Both the position numbers and the translations under genes were made by a program. A stretch of 63,887 nt of DNA, filler included, from Chrysochromulina tobinii (taxonomy: Eukaryota), in the NCBI GenBank assembly GCA_001275005.1. It is 7 parts of 7 records of this genome, joined end to end, with 100 filler letters (N's around TTAATTAATTAA, not from the genome) between each part and the next. Parts side by side here need not be neighbours in the genome. Positions count along the whole stretch, not along the records: positions 1 to 18,526 come from JWZX01001187.1; 6 more parts are not named here. One strand, given 5' to 3'. The notes beneath the pieces are model-generated. The model ran no database searches and had not been told where the DNA came from. It was given only the letters and a program-made list of their open reading frames with translations. The stretch's first letter is position 1; every line of letters begins with the position of its first letter. This document shows, in pieces, positions 1 through 9,785 of this stretch.

Positions 1-816
1 GACTCGGGCTGGTGCTACGTCGAGGCCGCCATCAGCGCCGCCATCAAGCCCGGCTTCCTGCGCCTCGACCTCGCCAAGCGTACGGAGCGGGCGATGGCGT
101 GCGGGTACGGCCCCGGGGAGCCGTGGGAATCCGACAATATGCTCGCGCGCGTGTGCGCGCGGCGTCGGCCGCCGCCGCCGCCGCCGGAAACGGTCCGGCG
201 CCTGCTGCAGACGGAGATCAAGCGCTTCACCAACTTGTCCGACGTGAGCAAGGTCACGGACCTGTACGCGACCTTCTTCGGCAAGGTTATCAACGTCGGC
301 GAGCTCAAGTTCCAAGGGCTCGAGTGGGGCGTCGCTGACGTCGTCGAGCTGTGCGAGGTGCTGCCTCGCTTTGCGGCCTTGAGGACGCTCGACCTCTCCC
401 AGAACAAGATCGGTCCGGAGGGCGCATTGGCACTCGGCGAGGCGCTCAAGGTCAACGCGGTCTTGACCAAGCTGGTGTTGGATCGCAATGACATCGGCGT
501 TGACGGTGCCAAGGCGATTGCGGAAGTGCTGAAGGTCAACGCGGTCTTGACCACCCTGGACCTGTACAACAACAACATCGGTCCAGAGGGAGCCATCGCG
601 ATCGCGGAGGCGCTGAAGGTAAACGCGGTGGTGACCAAGCTGTTCCTCAATGGCAACAACATCGAAGACGATGGTGCCAAGGCGATCGCGGAGGCGCTGA
701 AGGTCAACGTGGTCTTGACCATTCTCTCCCTTAGAAACAATAATTTGGGAGATGCAGGGAAAACAGCGGTGCAAGATGCTGCAAAGGGCCGGAGTGGATT
801 ACAGTTGTATCTTTAG
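1..816 (+). CDS. 5'-truncated RNI-like LRR (NLRC3-like) protein with an upstream HET-like motif
   Basis: The frame is open from base 1 (DSGWCYVEAAISAAIK...). It has about 5 repeats of 28 aa of the LxxLxLxxNxIGxEGAxAIAEALKVN type. Stop TAG at 814-816. Confidence 0.85.
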   Translation, partial: DSGWCYVEAAISAAIKPGFLRLDLAKRTERAMACGYGPGEPWESDNMLARVCARRRPPPPPPETVRRLLQTEIKRFTNLSDVSKVTDLYATFFGKVINVGELKFQGLEWGVADVVELCEVLPRFAALRTLDLSQNKIGPEGALALGEALKVNAVLTKLVLDRNDIGVDGAKAIAEVLKVNAVLTTLDLYNNNIGPEGAIAIAEALKVNAVVTKLFLNGNNIEDDGAKAIAEALKVNVVLTILSLRNNNLGDAGKTAVQDAAKGRSGLQLYL

Positions 817-1321
817 ATTGTGTGAGCACTGTGAACATGTGTGGACCGCTGGAGTGGGTTCTGTGAAGATTTTTCCTAATTTAGAAGCTTCCGGATTAGG
901 CGTTGAGCGCATCGAACCATACATGAGTGCGCTCTCAAAAACCGTACTCCCGTCCTTCTCCTTCGGTCCTTGTCTACCGCGTAGGCGTACCGGCCCGACT
1001 CCCGCGGCGTCCGCTTAAAGCGCTTTCAGCGACGCTGCCCCTAGCTCTCCGAAGACCGAACTCGGTCCAACTCGTGCCCGCACCCCCACGCGGATGACGA
1101 TCGTTCCGTCTTCCGATCGGATCGACGATCGTGATCGCTTTTCGGAGTGTTCGGGTTTCGTCCCCCGCCTTTCCCCGCTTTTCGATTCAGGCGTTTCGTT
1201 TTCGGTTTTGCCGGCGCGCGAAAAGGTGCGAATCGTCGTGTCGACATCATGTTATTAATATATATGATCGGATTGTCGTGACCGACTTAGCTCTTCGGCC
1301 CGAGGCGCTCGTGGTCGCTCG

Positions 1322-4300
1322 CTACTGGGCGCCATTCAAGGCGCGGCTGTCGACAATCTGGAAGTGCATGTCTGGAGCCGTGCGGGGAGGCCCGAGTCTG
1401 GACCACTCGGGCGTGCCTGCCGGCGGTCTAGGCTCGTATGAGACGGGTCGTATGCCGGTGGGACTACCCACCGGACTGCTGCCTGGAGCGTTGGGAAGCA
1501 CGTGACTGTAGCCGGCGCCGGCGCCGGCGCTCCCAATGGTGCCCATGAGGCTGCCGCGAGCGGAGACCGAGCCTCGGGTGTGGCACCCACGAATGCTCGC
1601 AGGCACCATCGCGAGTCCACTGCCCGTGCTCATCTCGGCGCCCCGCACCGCGCCGGCGCGCGCGCCGCCGATGGCGGTGGCGGCGCGGATCGGCAGCTTT
1701 CGAAAGGTGCCGGGTGCGTTCGGGTCGTTAGAGTGACCCCAACGGTGCTGGTTGGCCGGCTGGCTGGCGTACGGCTGGGCCGTCGCGCGCGAAATCGAGA
1801 GGAGCCGAGGTGACGCGGGAGCATCCGAGTGCATGAGCGTCCCGTGGGGGGTTACGTGTTCCGGCAACTGAGGCGTCCCCGCCGCCGGGCTCACCTGGAC
1901 TGGAGCGAGCGGTGGTGGCGCGCCATCATCGTAAAAGAGGGAAGGCCGCGGCGAGAAGCTAGTCTGATCGAAACGGTGGTGGCGGTGGGCGGAGGCAGAG
2001 GAGGTGCGCTCGGCGGGGTAGATGGATCCTACCGCCGCAGCGCCATGGGACTTCGAAGGGGGTATGAAGCGGACAACGACGTCGAGGAGATCTCCCCGCG
2101 GAGCTACGAGCCCACTCGCCCGCTTCCAAGCCAGCGCTTCGTGTGGGTTGGGCGTCTGCTGCGACGTGCGCAGCCCGCACAGCGAGTAGGTCAGGTGCTG
2201 TCGCAGCTGGCCGAGCGCTTCGATGGTCAGCTGCACCAGGCGGGCGCGTTCGGCCTTCTGAGCGCCCTGGAACCTGTCGAGCTCGAAGCCCGCCTCGTCG
2301 AGCGCCTGTGTGGCGTGCTGAAGCTGGCTCTCAAGCCACTGCCCATGCGACTCGGTCTCCTGTAGCCGGCGCACGAGCTCGGCGATCTGGGAGGAGAGAG
2401 TTCGTATCATCTCGGACTTGCCGAGCTTCTCATCGAGATACGACCTCGCGCGCTCGATCTCGCCGCGCAGCTGGCTCGTCTCTTGCTCGAGTGCGCGCGC
2501 GTGCTTCGCGTGCGCGGCACGCTCCGAGTCCGCCGCCTCGAGCTTCGCCGCGAGCTCCGCTGCCTCATTCTGCAAGTGCTGCAACAGCCTTTGCCCCCTC
2601 CCGCCCTCGCGCTCTTTTTCCTTGAGCGCCTCGGCGATCTTGCGGTTGAGCAGCGGGATGTACACGTTGATCGAGACGGGGGCCGCCTTGGGGTTGTATC
2701 CAGCCGCGACCAGATCAGCATCGGTCACCGACTGGGCCAGCACGGCGCGCGCACTATCGACCTCATCACGAAGAGCGCGCTCGCTCGCCCGCATCACATC
2801 GCACGTCTTTCGCATCGCGTCAACGGCCGCCTCAAGCTCTTGCACTCGCTCCGCCGCCTCAAGCTCTTGCACTCGCTCCGCCGCCTCAGGCTCTTGCACT
2901 CGCTCCGTCTTTCCCATCGCGGCCACATCTCGTTGGCGCAGCCGCGCATTTGCCTCGGCTTGCACTCGCTCCGCCTCTGCTTTCGCCGCTGCGAGCAACG
3001 CATTCTTCACTTCGAGCTCAACACGTTGTCGCGAGTGCTCGGTAGCCTCCGCGAGCTGCCTCGCGAGATCATCGATCTTCGATCTCGCGTCCACGAGATG
3101 CTCCTGCGCCTGGCGCGCCGCCGCCTTCGCGGTGCTGAGCTCCTGTCGCATCTTGTTGGCCCCCGTCCCTACACGTCGATGTCGAGCAGCCTCGTGAGTG
3201 GCCATCAGGGAGGCCATCAGCGAGGCCATCATATGCAATCACAGGCCATCAGAAAGGCCATCAGGGAGGCCATCACACGCAATCACAGGCCATCAGGGAG
3301 GCCATCAGCGAGGCCCTCAGCGGACCTTGGAGATCCTCGAGCTCGCCCCGGAGCTGCGTGATCTCCATTTGGAGAGGTACGAGCTCCTTCTCGAGCCGCG
3401 CCTCGGCCTTGCGCGCACGCTCATACAGGTCATCTCGCTCCTTGACCAAATATTGGTTCGCCTCTCGCACGCGCGCCGCCACCACCTCGGCCATCGACTC
3501 GGCCATTTTGGCCTTTTGCTTCTCCGCAGCGGCCTCTGCGTCCTGGAGCTGCCGGCTGAGTGTGCTCACCTGCTTGCGCAGCTCGTCGTGCGCGCCCTTG
3601 GCCTCCCGTCCAAGCTCCTCGTATCTGGAGATGAGCTCACCCACCTGCTGCGCCATCGGCTGCTGCTCGTACCTCGTCCTCTCGAGCTTCTCGAGGGCAG
3701 CTCCGACGACCTTGCCCGCCATCCCGAGCTCGGTCCGCGCGCTGGTCAGGTTGCGGTCCGCCTCCCTGCCGTGCTCATCGGACTTCTTGAGCGCCTCGCG
3801 AAGCGCAGCTAGCATCGCCTCCGACCGCTCGAGCTTCGAGCCCGTCTGCAGCAGCTGCTCACGGAGCTTCTCGTTCTCCTCCTGCATCTCCTGCAGCGGC
3901 CCGCTGCTCCCGAGCTCGCCCTTGATGCTCCGGAGCTTTGCCTCAACCTGCGCCTGCATCTCGACGGCCTTGTTGTTCATCGCGACAGTGGCTGCCTTGC
4001 GCGTCTGGTCGATCTTCATGTTGTACGATAGCACGGTCGCCTGGAGCTGTACCCTCGCCGACTTGGCGTCCGCCGACGACAGCTCCACCGCAGCCTCCCT
4101 GGCACCGAGTTGAACCTCCTGCACGGCGGTCTGCAGCGAGACTCCGCTCCGCTCAAGCACCTTGACGACAATCTTGTCGAGCGCCTCCGCAAACTTTGCG
4201 AGGTTGCTGTTGTACGAATGTTGCGCCTGGGCGTCGTTGGCAGTTGTGTGGTCAGTGCTGTGGCCTGATGCACGCGAGGCCTTTCCGTCGAGCAGCGTCA

Positions 4301-4427
4301 TGGACGTCTTGCCCGTCTGGAATGGGAGTGGACGAGATGAACAGCGCTTTCCTACTTGTATGGACCGACCAAACTCCTGCCGCGAAGTTGAACTATGAAT
4401 GTGAAGAGTCATCGGAGACCGAGTCAA
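1322..4427 (-). CDS. Long coiled-coil protein, two exons (intron 3169-3325); the likely start is the ATG at 4301
   Basis: Two heptad-rich ORFs are joined in frame by a GT..AG intron (CAAG|GTCCG ... TGTAG|GGACG gives ...LQGTGANKM). The C-terminus is disordered and Pro/Ser-rich. Confidence 0.75.
3199..3318. repeat. Intronic tandem repeat (GGCCATCAGGGA / GCAATCACA units)
   Basis: Directly visible degenerate tandem repeat filling most of intron 3169-3325. Confidence 0.85.
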
Positions 4428-4451
4428 GTCAAGTCAAGTCAAGTCAAGTCA
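4422..4451. repeat. (AGTCA)6 pentamer array in a divergent promoter region
   Basis: Six perfect AGTCA copies lie between the 5' ends of two divergent genes. Confidence 0.9.
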
Positions 4452-4603
4452 AATCCACGCACAACACTCCCGTGAAGTACCCATTCCTGTGGGGTTTCGT
4501 ACGTGGGAATGGTCAAGACGACGCCACGGAACGTACAGTGTTGCCTCTTCCCATTTTTGGACACCGCGCGGTGCGATTCCAAGTACCAAGACCGAAGGCT
4601 CCT

Positions 4604-6803
4604 ATGCGTAGAGCCCTCTTGTGGGCGCCGCTCTCGGCGGCCGTCGCTGCATTGCTTGGTCACAGTCCCGTGACGCTCGTCTCCGAGGGCCTAGAATTTC
4701 TGCACCACGCAAACTCCTCAGCATCGCATCAGCAGCAGGAACTTCGATCAGGCGGTGATGAAAATGCCCGTGATACCCACCACGAACAGGAGCTCATCAC
4801 CAAGCTATCCCAACTGCAGTCAGAGTTGCTCGAGACGCAAGCAAAGCTACAACTCATGCGCGAGGACGCAGTGGCGCGGGAGACGGCGGTGGGCGTGACG
4901 CTCCATGACGTGGCGACGGCCTACGTTCCCCCGGGGCACCTAGTGACTGCAGAAAGCACCAACTTCGACTCGGTCACGGGCTGCTTATCACACGACGTCT
5001 TCAACGACATCAGCAATGCGATGAACCCAGTGAGGATCCATGCCGCCAATCGGCAAGGCACCTCGATCAACTACACCATCACGAGGTTGTCCATACTGAT
5101 GATCCTTCTTCTACTCTCGGGGATTTTGCTGATGGCGCCGCTGCTGACCACTAATACTATCATAGGAGTGAGCACACAAGCGCTCGAAACCCGCGCTGCG
5201 CATTCCCTGAGCCATGGCGTTTGCAACGTGGTGTGCCCCGAACCGTGCGAGTGACCATCGCCACGTCCCATCCCCCCTTGCCGTGTCCTCTGTCGGTGTT
5301 CAGATGCTCGCCTACGTGCAGCTCTTTTACTTCATCTTCGCATGCTCTGACGCATGGACGTGGGATGTGAACGAGCCGGAGACGTTCACAATGTGCGTGC
5401 TGCCTATGTCGCTCGCGATCGTCGGTGCGACGATCCTTGGCGTCATGCTCGTCTTCTTCATGAAGCGCGTGGCATGCCTCTCCGTCGTTGTGCTCGGGAA
5501 AGCGGGCGGCATATTCATTATGTTCCTCGTCCGCGACATTGTGCTCACGACTGATGACGACCTCGTCAACCACCGGAACATGTGGCTCCTCTTTTGGCTC
5601 GGCACCGCCGCCTTCGGGATCCTGTGCAGCCTGGTGGCGCTCTGCTTTAAGGAGTTGGTATACGTGACGGCGACCGTCGGCGTGGGCAGCTACGTATTCG
5701 CGTCGTCGATTGCCGGCATCATACTTGCCTGCGGAGGAACGCCGATACACTTCGGATGGTACATTCTCATTTATTGTGCCGCGGGCATCGCGGGCATCGT
5801 CGCGTACCTGAGTGTGCAGCCCGAGCATCCAGATACGCTGGCCTCGATGCACAACCTGGGCAACGCGCTGGGCATGGTGGGCCGGTACGATGACGCGGTA
5901 AAGATGCTTCGCACGACACTCGAGTTGAATCAACGCGTGCTGGGGAAGGAGGATCGACAAACGCTGAGCTCGATGAACGGCCTGGCCATCGCGCTGAGCA
6001 AAGTGGGTCAGCACGTTGAGGCCGTAAAGATGCTTCGCACGACGCTCGAGGCGAGGCGACGCGTGCTGGGGGAGGAGCATCAAGATACGCTGGACTCGAT
6101 GAACGCCCTGGCCAACGCGCTTAACAGCGCGGGTCAGCACGCTGAGGCGGCGGAGATGCATCGCAGGGCGCTCGAGGCGATGCGGCGCGTGCTGGGGGAG
6201 GAGCATCCACGTACGCTGAGCTCGATGAACAACCTGGCCAACGCGCTGAGCAGCGCGGGTCAGCACGCTGAGGCGGTAAAGATGCTTCGCACGACGCTCG
6301 AGTTGAAGCAACGCTTGCGGGGGAAGGAGCATCCAGATACGCTGACGTCGATGAACGGCCTGGCCTGCGCGCTGAACAGCGCGGGTCAGCACGATGAGGC
6401 GGTAAAGATGCATCGCACGACGCTCGAGTTGAAGCAACGCGTGCTGGGGAAGGAGGATCCAGATACGCTGAGCTCGATGAACAACCTGGCAACCGCGCTG
6501 TACCGCGCGGGTCAGCACGCTGAGGCGGTAAAGATGCTTCGCACGACGATCGAGTTGAAGCAACGCGTACTGAGAGAGGAGCATCCAGATACGCTGACGT
6601 CGATGGACGACCTGGCCTGCGCGCTGGAAAGCGCGGGTCAGTACGCTGAGGCGGAGGAGATGCATCGCACGACGCTCGAGGCGAGGCGACGCGTGCTGGG
6701 GGAGGAGCATCCAGATACGCGGGACTCGATGCGCAGCCTGGCCATGTCGAAGATGTATCGCAAGATAATGGAGGTGTCACAAGCTCGTACGATAGATCGA
6801 TAG
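4604..6803 (+). CDS. Multipass membrane protein (DUF4203/TMEM198-like) fused to a kinesin-light-chain-type TPR array; intron 5168-5303
   Basis: It starts with a signal-like MRRALLWAPLSAAVAALL. The intron GGA|GTGAGC...GTTCAG|ATG joins the two ORFs in phase 0. About 6-7 hydrophobic segments are followed by 7 full 42-aa EHPDTLxSMNNLA repeats (5821-6740). Confidence 0.8.
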
Positions 6804-7379
6804 TTACCGCGGCGCAGGAGCCCGATGCCCGTCCGTACTTGCGACCTGTGTACGAATGTAAACGCTCTCGGTTATAAAGACGCCTACACCCATGCCACCC
6901 CCCTCCGCACTAAGAGACGTCCAGGCATGCGCCTTCCAAGAGGCTCTCCCTAACCCTGCGAGAGGCCCAGCCATCCTACAGCCACCCCTACAGCCATCCC
7001 TACAACACCCAGAGCCCCGACGGCCACCCCCTACGCCCTAGGCCGCTCAGCGTGAACTGCCCCACCCTTTCCCATCTCCGAGAGCACACCGCCTGCGGAC
7101 GCGTGGCGCGCGCCGCCCGCAAGGGTCGGCACTCCTATTCACACCCAGAGCCCAGGGTCGTCTCCTGCCTCACAGCCCGGACAGCAGAACGCCGTCCGGT
7201 GGCACGAGCTGTACCTAAGCTGTACCCCGAGAACTTGAGCTGTACCCCGGTAACATGCGGCCGTTCCCCACGTAAAGTACGACGTGGTGCGCAGACAACT
7301 CGTCTGTAATCGTGCCGAGCGCTGCGCCTGTGGTGTTCCCAGTTGTCATTGGTAACCACATAAAAGTCGCGCCCGAGTT

Positions 7380-9323
7380 CTAGCTGCTGTTTGGCGCGGG
7401 ACGTTGACCAGTGCGCAACTTGTACGACAAGTTTATGACACCTGGCATGTCAAAGAACTTGTCCAAGCTCTCTGTGAATCCACATTTCGTCCAAACGATT
7501 GCGCCCTGTCCAAACCGTTTCACATACTTTTGAGCTTGCAGCTTGATGTCGCTCTGCGAGTCGAAGGACACATCGGGAATGCAGAGCGAGTTCTTCACAT
7601 CGATCCAACGAATGACTTTGCCATGAATCACAAGTGGTGGATCAAACAGGAAGTCTGGAGTTGCCCTGAAGCCTTCTGGTTGCTCCTCGCACTCGGAAAC
7701 GACACGATCCTTTTCCGTGGTGTAATCCAAACTCGCCTTGAGACCAGAGTCCTGTGCACAGGCGACAGCAGAGAAACCATGAGTGTGGCATACTCGATGG
7801 GGGGTGCATTTGGGATGTGTTCAATGCCGGTGTTGCACCTGTAGCAGTCGCTCTACACCGGCTTCGCCTTCGTTGCCTCGACGATCCATATTCCCTTTGC
7901 CCACGGGATCAGCTGATAACCTTTTGGATTTGGCCTTGTAGCCGGAGATATAGTCCTTGTGCGCAATAGAGATTGCAGCATCGGCAATGCGAGCCTCAAT
8001 GCGGGCCTCCGACGAGTCTCTTTCGACAGACGAAGATGCGTCAAGATCTCGGGAGCTTACCACCAAGCGATCCACAGCTGCTTTGAATTCTTTTGTCTTT
8101 CCGAGATACTGGCCGAGGTAGGTTGTCGTGCAATTCACTTCCGTTGCTAGCTTAGTTAGCGCCCACGCAGTTGTTGGCGTACCAGACGCGAGCCTGGCAC
8201 CAGATACGCAGCAGAGCTGTTCATATGTGACGATGCGACTGAGCAACTCTTGCTTCCTGGCAAGCTTCTCCCTCTCATCGCCCGCGTGCAGCTTTTCCTT
8301 ATTGTTCCATGCTGTGCCTTTCTGAGCCTCGCGCACGAGGGCCTCGAGGAAAAAGGCGGTGATGTCCTTGTCCACCTCGAGTTCGTGGGAGAGCTCACGG
8401 TGAAGGTCAGGAAGCCACTCTTTGATGTTCCATTCTTTGAAATGCGAATGCACGGAAATCTGATCCTTCTTGATGGACTCCTTGAGCAATTCCTCGACTC
8501 GCTCCGAAATCGTCGGCTTTGTTGAGAGATGGCGTTCGAGGTGCATCTCAGCAATGCGCCGCATCGACGGCAGCGCTGGCTCTGCCGGGGTGCGTTCGAA
8601 CTCGACGGGTGTCGCCGCCGCCGCCGCAGCAGCAGGCTGTGCCGCCGCGCGGTGCGCGATGCAATCCTCCACGTTCGTGAGCTCTCTGGTCCCGGCGCTT
8701 CGGGCCTTCGCATTCGCAGCAGCGTCTTCTGCTAGCTGCGCAGCAAACGCCAGCGGTGCTTCGTCAGCCATCGCCTCATCGAAATGCCCAGTGGGCCGTT
8801 GCACCTCCTCTTCATGCAACGAGGTGGGAATGGTGACCGGGACCGTCGTCTTCTCCTTCTCCTTTCTGTGGAAGTTGGGCTCTTGGCGAGGACCGTTCAA
8901 TCTCATGGTGGTGTGCGTGACGGTGTGCGACCTGCTCTTGGCGAGAATGACGTGATCCCAACCGACGCACCAGCGTTGAAAGACCCACGGCTGCCTGCCA
9001 GGATTACGATTCTCTTCGAAGAGCATTAAGATTTGCGGCGTGGCGGGTCTATTCACCACGCGGAATGATGGGTCAAAGGTGAGATACTTGCGGTTGGGAG
9101 ATGGGTTGAGCTTTTCCGGCTGCTTGAGCGATATACGCTCGTATGAGTAGAAGATGTATTTGTCCAGATCTTGATATGGGCGCTCTACTCCGCGATCGTC
9201 AAGAAACATCGAGTCTTTATGGTTGACGTTCAGGAGCGAGGCGAGCTGGTCGAGGCGGAGCAGGTGGAACTTATCGGCGTCCTTTGCGGCCGGGAAGAAT
9301 GCAAATTCGAATAGTTTTGGCAT
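7380..9323 (-). CDS. DUF3825-like N-terminal domain fused to a C-terminal TPD/CDIN1(C15orf41)-type PD-(D/E)XK nuclease domain; intron 7752-7838
   Basis: The intron CAG|GTGCAA...GCACAG|GAC joins the 500-aa and 116-aa ORFs in frame. The C-terminus reads GNEGE..L..YTTE...TPDFLFDPPLVIHGKVIRWIDVK...QAQKYVKRFGQGAIVW, matching the CDIN1 pattern. The N-terminus LFEFAFF...KYIFYSYER...LTFD...LFEEN...QPWVF resembles DUF3825. Confidence 0.75.
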
Positions 9324-9785
9324 GGTATCTGTTGCAAAAACGCAGCGGCACCATCTTGCGTTAAAGAGGGAGGCGGAGATGGGAGGCTCGGGTACGATTT
9401 GCGCGCGTTGGCGCAGGGTGCGAGCCTCGGGTGCGACGCGCGCGCATCAGAAGCCAGTAGGGTGCATGGGCTGATCTGGAGGTACGCACAGGAGGCTATG
9501 GCTGCCGGGCGAGGTGCAAGGCCGGTCGTCATCGATGGGGCTCACCTTGTCTTGTGTCGGCACGCCTCGTCCGGGAAGCCTTGTCGCAAGCCTTGTCGTC
9601 TAATCCGAGCGCCTTGACGAACCGAGAAGAAGAGCGAGCACCTTGTAGAAGAGCGAGCACCCTGCACGACAGAGGTAAAGCCGTGCGTTAGAGAAAGTTA
9701 CCGTAGTTCATCGTGTTCATTCACAGCGCGTTCACAGGCTCAGGGGAAACGCACAAGTCGCTAAGATGCCGAAACCGTCCCTAAG
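9324..9785. promoter_or_regulatory. Putative bidirectional promoter between the nuclease gene and the NLR gene
   Basis: 462 bp separate two divergent ATGs, with short direct repeats (AGAAGAGCGAGCACC x2, GCCTTGTCG x2). Promoter function is inferred from geometry only. Confidence 0.45.

Noticed and set aside
837..1250. Possible solo LTR between convergent genes (TG...CA ends)
   Set aside because: No matching target-site duplication and no second copy in the window.
5160..6780. Long antisense ORFs opposite the TPR array, and similar ones opposite the LRR, coiled-coil and Copia ORFs
   Set aside because: These are shadow ORFs caused by high GC and repeat periodicity; the recognisable motifs are on the other strand.
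6857..7360. C-rich intergenic segment with short repeats (CAGCCATCCCTA, GAGCTGTACC)
   Set aside because: It may be a TE remnant, but no termini, TSD or coding similarity can be shown.
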